NCBI RefSeq assembly: GCF_964204645.1
Contig: NC_134026.1
Coordinates: 28,492,150 to 28,556,149, forward strand
Origin: Tubulanus polymorphus
Taxonomy: Eukaryota; Animalia; Nemertea
Direction: 5' to 3'
Length of the DNA stretch: 64,000 bases
This document shows positions 56,528 to 64,000 of the stretch, in pieces; the first letter of the stretch is position 1, and every line of letters begins with the position of its first letter. The position numbers and the translations under genes are program-made. The notes beneath the pieces are model-generated. The model saw only the letters and a list, made by a program, of their open reading frames with translations, was not told the DNA's origin and searched no databases.

Positions 56528-56959
56528 CCCTCTCCCTCTCCCTCTCCCTCTCCCTCTCCCTCTCCCTCTCCCTCTCCCTCTCCCTCTCCCTCTCCCTCTC
56601 CCTCTCCCTCTCCCTCTCCCTCTCCCTCTCCCTCTCCCTCTCCCTCTCCCTCTCCCTCTCCCTCTCCCTCTCCCTCTCCCTCTCCCTCATCCTCTCCCTC
56701 TCCCTCTCCCTCTCCCTCTCCCTCTCCCTCTCCCTCTCCCTCTCCCTCTCCCTCTCCCTCTCCCTCTCCCTCTCCCTCTCCCTCTCCCTCTCCCTCTCCC
56801 TCTCCCTCTCCCTCTCCCTCTCCCTCTCCCTCTCCCTCTCCCTCTCCCTCTCCCTCTCCCTCTCCCTCTCCCTCTCCCTCTCCCTCTCCCTCTCCCTCTC
56901 CCTCTCCTTCTCCCTCTCCCTCTCCCTCTCCCTCTCCCTCTCCCTCTCCCTCTCCCTCT
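56528..56959. repeat. (CCCTCT)n hexanucleotide microsatellite, ~72 units
   Basis: Near-pure tract with two variant units; produces the spurious poly-RE, poly-GE and poly-LP ORFs. Confidence 0.98.
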
Positions 56960-57301
56960 AATATTTTCAATTAGTTACACCAACAACTCGTCCTTCCAGT
57001 AAAAACAACCCTTAGATTCTCATGTTATTGTGTCATCTATCATTTTTCTCACATTTTTCTAAATGTTTTGGTATTGAATTAAAAGATAATAAGTTTAAAT
57101 GATATAGAAATGATTTTGTTATTTCTTTTAGAAAACATTACGCATAACATGAAGATTAAAAAAACATTTTCTGGAATTTTTCGCCTAACGACTTCAATTA
57201 ATCTAACTGAGATGACTCAAGATAAATATTGACCGAAGGTTGATACATATATACATGTATACGAGAGACGAAATGTCGGATTCATTCCGGATTCTCTCAT
57301 A

Positions 57302-59437
57302 ATGTCGGATGTCTTTCTGCGGTTGTTCCTGTTTTCATTGTGTTTCCAGTTCTTTGGGTAAGATTTCATATATTCATCGATGTACTAGTTATATTAGTTG
57401 TTGAACACCATTTCATTGGTTATTTGCAGCGCACATCGGGTATCAAGACTAACCCATCGTCCCTCCCGACCAACCCATCACCATCATCCCTCCCGACTAA
57501 CCCATCATCCCTCCCGACCAACCCATCCTCCCGCCCGACTAGGCCTTACCCATCATCCCACCAGACCAACCCATCATCCCCCCCGACTAGGCCCAACCCA
57601 TCATCCCGCCCGACCAACCCATCTTCACGCCCGACCGACCCATCATCCCGCCCGACTGTATGATACACCATTGCCTGTAAATGGCCATGCTACAACGAGT
57701 CAACTGTCAAAGTTTTTGGGGCCTTGGGTGAAAAGAGAAAGAGCATACTCCACCCGTAACGAACATTTGGAAGGCGACTCCATGTGTCTGGATAATACGA
57801 CTGATGAAGGGTCTATTTGTTGTAAGGAAAGGCGTCACGTACGCATACCAGGAGCGGCATGCTGTGACCAAGCCCTTTTCAATCCATCAGAATTGAATTG
57901 TTGCAATGGCCAAAATTTGACGAGAAGAACAGGCGTATGGCACGCCTGTTGTGGTGGCAAATCTTACGATGCTCTTCACGAAGCCTGCTGTGAAGAACAG
58001 ATTGTTCCTAAACCAGGCGTCAGTTTTGAATGTTGTGGTTCAGTTCTATACGACATCAATAAAGAATCGTGTTGCGGCAATAGGATTGAGAAGATTCAAA
58101 GCCACCATAGTAAATGTTGTAATGGGAAGTTAATTTACGCTCCAAGGAAGGAATGCTGTGGGTCAGATGTATTCGATAGCCGATACTCTATTTGTTGCAA
58201 CAACGTTATCCATAGAAGGGTAAAATGGAGGTTGTGTTGTGGATCCCAAACATTTGACGTAATGAAAGAAATTTGTTGCCCGAATCAGAATGTTTATACG
58301 GTACATGGTAAAGTGAATGGTCGCTCGTGTTGTGGCTTGAAAACTTATAACGTGCACACGGAGATCTGTTGTGGAAAAACTGTGCTCAATAAAACGCTGC
58401 AGAACTGTTGCGGAGGCAAAACAGGTTACAATAAAGAAAGTCAATTTTGCTGCGGAGCAACTATTCTAGCAAAAACGAATGGTCTCAAGTGTTGTAAAAA
58501 CCGAGCTTACGGTAACGACAAACTATGTTGTACGGATGGAAGCTTAATTTCTAGACGAGAAGGAAAGAATGACGGGTGTTGTGGATCGAGGGCCTACTCC
58601 ACGGAAAATTTCATCTGTTGTGCCGGGACCCTTACTCCTAGAGTTGATGACAAATCTTCTTGTTGTGGGCGTACACCTTTCAACCGCAAAACTGAGTTTT
58701 GCTGTGGTAACGGACACGTGTACAAAAAGAATACATCGAGCATTTCAGACAGTTGTTGTGGTGAGTAAAGAAATATTACTTAGGTGATATCCCATCACCT
58801 CAAAATATCAGCCCTGTATTCCAAATTCTCTTATTAACCAATAGGGAACAAGCCGTTCGACTCAATGGAACGAATTTGTTGTAAGAATGTAGAATCATAC
58901 GTAAGAAAAGAAAGGCACTCCTGTTGCGATTCAGAATACATGAATAGAAGTACCCACACTTGTTGTGGGGTAAAGACACACATGTTACGCAAGAACTTCC
59001 GATGTTGTGGAAATGCATATATACCCTACAATCACGCTTGCTGTAACGAGAATCCAGGAAAAGATGCAGCATCTCGTCGGTAAGTTCAGAAAAATGACGA
59101 CGTTTTGGGAATAGAATGTATTTAGACCTATATGAAAATGATTTTGTATATTATCAGGTGCTGCGGTGATAAAGCGTACAACGAACTGACAAGTATCTGT
59201 TGCGGAGGATGGGTCAGGCATAAAGTCGATTTCAAAAAACATCAAGTTCGATGTTGTGGATTAGAAGCCTACAACAGAGAAACACATATCTGCTGCAATT
59301 ATAAGATTTCGGAACGTAATCGAACCACTGGATGTTGCGGGTTAGCGACATACGATACCGCTTATCAGTCATGTGATCAGTTCGGACGAGTTGGAGACAG
59401 ATTCCAGATTCAAGATTCTATTAAAATGATTGAATAA
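57302..59437 (+). CDS. Secreted galaxin-like protein with tandem Cys-Cys repeats, ~633 aa
   Basis: Exons 57302-57357 (signal-like MSDVFLRLFLFSLCFQFFG), 57430-58760, 58845-59079, 59158-59437; phases 2/1/2 consistent, 1902 nt in total. Dozens of CC doublets in CCG.x.Y/F.x5.CC units. Exons 2-4 are solid; exon 1 and the reading frame of the N-terminal repeat are less certain. Confidence 0.85.
57448..57657 (+). repeat. Coding minisatellite, 21-bp unit AACCCATCATCCCGCCCGACC (x9, with 6-bp insertions)
   Basis: Seen directly; all unit lengths are multiples of 3. Confidence 0.9.
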
Positions 59438-59489
59438 ATCTTACGTCGTGAACTATCCTCAAAATCCACGCTGTCGTATTTTTTGTTTA

Positions 59490-59628
59490 CCCCGTGCATT
59501 AGCAGCAGACGCCGTCCAGACTGGGAGAGTAGTCCCCGCGCATTAGAAGACACCGTGCGGACTGGGAGAGTAGTCCCCACGCATTGGAAGACACCGCGCA
59601 GAGTGGGAGAGTAGTCCTCACGCATTAG
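59490..59628. repeat. 41-bp tandem repeat (~3.4 units) downstream of the galaxin-like stop codon
   Basis: GACTGGGAGAGTAGTCCCCGCGCATTAGAAGACACCGTGCG recurs at 59519, 59560 and 59601. Confidence 0.9.
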
Positions 59629-60149
59629 GGGGCACATTTTTGCCTCAAATAGTGCAATGGAGGGAGAATTCCTTTATTCTACGTTTTAACCAATGAAATA
59701 ATAAGTTTAGAAAAGAGTTTATTAGTATTCTTTAAACATCTACACGTGTATAGCATGATATAAGGTATTCATTAAATTACCTAATAAGCTTTCATCTAAT
59801 CTTGAAAGCATATAGATAAAACCTTAATCTTCACACTTCATTTTCACAGCATATTTTTGCAAATTTACAAATATCTATATACAAAAACGTTAATAATCAT
59901 TATCTTCGGTAAACCATAAACCAATCGAATTGTACATTTCATGGTAGCAATAAAAATAATTACATGCTAATTTGAATATAATGATATTCAATGTGGTTTT
60001 TGTTACGAAAGGACACCGTTCGACGATTTATGCGCGCGTCCATTATATTCACAACTCAGTTTGATCCGGAAACCATGATAAAGTAACGCAATAGCAACAA
60101 TTTCGATATATACTGCACAACTCCATTTGATTTGATGTTTTTGGTAAAT

Positions 60150-63100
60150 CTACGGAACTGTTGGGAAAGTGGTCGTGTTTATAGTGGGTGTGATTGCTGT
60201 AGAATTGATTGGCTGCGCCCATGACGGATAAGTTCCCAAGTCGAAGAATACGTAACCATACGTGTTAACGGCAAAATTGATAGTAAATACACATATAATA
60301 TTCACGACGGATCCAGCAACAACCTAAATATAGTAAATATATAAACGCTGATTTTATCTTTATTTTTTTGGAAAATATTAAATTATATTCGACTCAAATG
60401 CTTACCATGTCTTTTATGGAGACGTAACCCGAAGCATAGACCATAGCGTTCGGAGGTGTTGCTACGGGTAGCATGAAGGCAAATGATGCAGAAATAGCGG
60501 CCGGCAACATGAGGTATAACGGATTAACTTCTATAATAACAGCCTGAAAAATAAATCAATGATTCAAGTTCAATGGTTTTATTACGAATACAAGTTTTGA
60601 GTTTTTTTTCAATACGTTTCGATTCGTTCGGTCTATTAGAACTTACAAGATCTGCAAGAATGGGCAACATAAGTGTAGCTGTAGCCGTATTACTGAATAA
60701 ATTCGTCACTAAGGCGATAACTATTGTCAAGATGAATATAACAACTGACGGTTCAAGATTCTTCAAACCAGACAAAACCGTTCCCAGCCATTTCGAAAGT
60801 CCAGATGCCTGAAATGTGTTTTGATACATTTACTGAATATTGTGTATACGGCGTGTACATTAACTAGTAGGAGATGATTATCGTGATTATCCATTTATGT
60901 ACCTGAGATACATCAGCGAGTGCAAAACCGCCACCCAACAGTAATATAATATGCCATGGTATTTTACTATTAGCTGTCTCCCAGTCCAGTAGAGGTGGAG
61001 CAGAGGTCTTCGCTTCTAAATACAAAACAGACAAATGCGAGTGTGAATGCTCAATTTTTCAGTTCGATGGATTATTCATCAATTGACTAAAACAGGACAT
61101 AGGACATAGGGCATACAACGTTATGTCTTGGAGTAATCAATTGACAAATGATTACTCCAAGGTTATATACACAGAAATGTACAATCAATGATCAAAATGA
61201 CAGACTTACTGCAAGACGGAAGTTTAGATGGAAACATGAAAAGGACGACTGTAATGAAAATGCCGGCAGACGCGTCTGTTACGTATCTATAGAAAAATAC
61301 AAACTTCTCATTCAATCATTTAATCATTATCAGTATAGATGAGTTGTTTCTATATGTATATCGACTTTTACCCTTTGGGGAATAAAACTGCCCAGCCAGG
61401 AATGAATTCAGGTTCTCTCGTCAACCATAATAATGCCAGTAGAATGAATATTACCAAACAACTAATTTCCGGCCACCTAAAGATGAATTGATGCATTATT
61501 TCTTATTGTTTAGTTGTTTCTTATTGATTATTCAGGTTTCTAATTCGATTTACCGTACTTCATCGGACCCAAAGCTTTGTAGGCATCTCGCATTATTTTC
61601 TTCACCGATGAATCCTCTGCATCACCCTTTCCACAAAAGGTTCTGAAAAGTAAATAATTTAACTGGCGTTTGACTTCGGTGACCTCAAAACACAAGTGAC
61701 CATGATCCACACTTTATACATACCTCGCAAATCCCATATAGAAACATTGCAACCACAACCAACATAGTAACATATTGATGATTGATAATGGCAGAGCTAG
61801 GACAATCCACGTAGTGAAACTTATTCCATTTTCACCCGGAAATAATCTAACGAACGAAGAAACGGTATCATCTTAGACTAGAAAAGTACCAAGAGCCAAA
61901 AACAATGATTTCTACTTACAAATCCAGAATTCCCTTGAGGACCAGATTTGGTGGCGTTCCCGTTAAAGTGGCGATTCCTCCGGTGTTCGCTGCAAACGCG
62001 ATACTCAATAACATCGCCTTGCACAGGTTTTTGAATTCGGGGTCAGCATCGGCGAACAGCGGTAGTAACGGCGATCCCTCGGTAGGTTCACTAAATGAAA
62101 ATAACCAAACCAAAATAACGACTGAAAGCTTTTCTGCTTCATTTCCAAATTTTCATTTGCAACGAAATGTACCTATCATCTGCGGGCGAATGGCATTTTT
62201 CATCATCCTGCTGCTTAAACTTACTGTTAGAGTGCGATACGGATAAAAGGGTTATTTCAGTTTCATTACGCGCCACATCTGCTGAAAAAGGTTCTTTAGA
62301 ACATGTTTTATAAGAACATTGAATCGATCACTCATAGATCTAATGAATGACAGATATTGATGAAAGGAGGAAAATTCATTGCATAAATTTCAGTAAGTTC
62401 TCAAATCAATAGATGTTTATTTACCATCCTGGTGATCAATTGAAGACTTTCGACCATTTTTACTCTTTGAATGTTTCATTTGTTCTAGTACTGCAATAAC
62501 TATTGACACCATCATCGGTGTAGTTGCGGTATTACTGATCCACATTGATAAAAACCAAGTTGGAATCATAAAACCTAACATCAACCTATTAATTAGATAT
62601 GATATACGTGTATATAGTAAACGTATGAGCTTTCGCTACTAGTGTTAGATATCTTCATCGATAAAATGAGTGATATAGATTCAGTAAATGCATATCAGGA
62701 GGGTTTATTTCAACAGAATCACCAATACGATCGTTGAACGAGACTTTTCTCTATAGACGTTTTATGAATTGTATATCTATAAGAAACGATCGGCCAACAA
62801 CTCACCACTTCGGTTTTGTACCAAATATCATCAGTACTCGAAGGGCAATTCGTTTGTGCAGGTTCCATTTTTCGACAGCGACAGCTACCATCAAACCTCC
62901 CATAAACAACAAACAAGTATCCTAAAATCAAATACAATTATTCTATGATGTTCTGGTTTAGATCATTATTTACTTAATATGATCGAGGACTAGTATTTTG
63001 TGTGACGGATTAGGTATTCTATAGTCTGTCGAGTTTTTTTTCGATGCAGTAGATGTACTTTTTATGAAATTAATAGTCAAATTGCAGTCCTAGATTTTAG

Positions 63101-63599
63101 AGACCTCGCTAATAGTATTTTTTCAATCTGTAACAATCAGTGACAAGTACATTACCTTCATATAGTTTGGACATATATCCTTTGATTTCATTAGTCCCAG
63201 GGTTGGACATAGAAATACTGGAATCAAGGCAGTAACTCCTAGTGGTAGGGCTTCCGTCACCCAGTACACGGCCATCAACAACATCAAATAAGCACATTTT
63301 GACACCTAATAAATTCGAATTATAATCCATTTTATATAAGGATTAAACCATATTTGAATGTTCCTTTCCTTCTTCCATATAGACTTACGACTGGCCCTTA
63401 CATCAAAGTGTGTCCTCAGAATCTTTGGAAAGGTCAATAAAGGAAAGTTTCTGTCGCACGGGATAAGAATGCAAATAACTACTATCAAAACGATGTAACA
63501 GATAAACCAGACTCTCAACCGTATAATTTCGTATAATAACAGCCGTAAGTCGGTATAACACTCTATATTTATAAAGACCCTGGGAATTACGATCGACAT
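60150..63599 (-). CDS. SLC13/DASS sodium-dependent citrate/dicarboxylate cotransporter (SLC13A2/A5/Indy-like), ~626 aa
   Basis: Exons 63599-63402 (tentative), 63305-63156, 62921-62806, 62585-62425, 62281-62173, 62090-61920, 61846-61724, 61642-61559, 61476-61372, 61286-61210, 61015-60903, 60808-60647, 60543-60406, 60323-60150; 1881 nt, phases consistent. Motifs [60 protein letters not shown]. Confidence 0.93.
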
Positions 63600-64000
63600 G
63601 TAGAAAAAGAAGTAAGAGGAGACCTACGCATCACTATCACAGGCTGAATACAACTTCAGACTATATAACTGAAAACAATGCTTCTACAACGGAATTAAAG
63701 ATTTTATTACGACAAAGTCATAATTTTCTCTATGCACGCACGACAGAGCACTAAATCTCATTTCATGGGATAAGTATGAATCAGTCGCCAGAATGAATTG
63801 TCAAGAGTTATTGGCGTATCTTTCGACAGTTCGCATGTTTATTATGCTGAGCGTCATGACGGAAACCCATAACTAATTACGGAAAATAAAATCTTATAAA
63901 AATTGATCATTTGAATGATATTTGGTAAGAGATATTCAAACATGCAATCCCCACGAAAGTCGGAGGGTCATACGTACCGAAGACGGTTGCAATATCGGAA

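Noticed and set aside
56487-57002. Poly-RE, poly-GE and poly-LP ORFs
   Set aside because: Translations of the stop-free (CCCTCT)n microsatellite.
59490-59628. CRISPR-like array
   Set aside because: Contiguous tandem units with no unique spacers, no cas genes, eukaryotic context.

Overview
Eukaryotic, AT-rich, intron-containing DNA, most likely from a spiralian (lophotrochozoan) invertebrate; the taxon is inferred from gene content only. Four intact spliced genes were reconstructed by hand with in-phase GT-AG introns: a myristoylated neuronal calcium sensor (+, 10757-11710), a 6-exon rhodopsin-family neuropeptide GPCR (-, 16446-32000), a secreted galaxin-like Cys-Cys repeat protein (+, 57302-59437) and a 14-exon SLC13 Na+/carboxylate cotransporter (-, 60150-63599). 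The first ~3.3 kb holds a heavily frameshifted minus-strand gene with EGF-, discoidin-, HYR- and sushi-like remnants, either a pseudogene or unpolished sequence. The gene-poor 32-57 kb stretch contains the most interesting non-coding signal: a young Penelope-like retroelement insertion (53914-54258) with a perfect 136-bp inverted repeat, a 12-bp target-site duplication, a 36-bp tail and a minimal hammerhead ribozyme on each strand, plus two older copies of the same architecture. Also present are a head-to-head pair of tRNA-B-box-bearing repeats, several MITEs and long microsatellites. No CRISPR, rRNA or bona fide tRNA is supported. I found nothing I can honestly call a wholly new system; the best leads are listed as findings.
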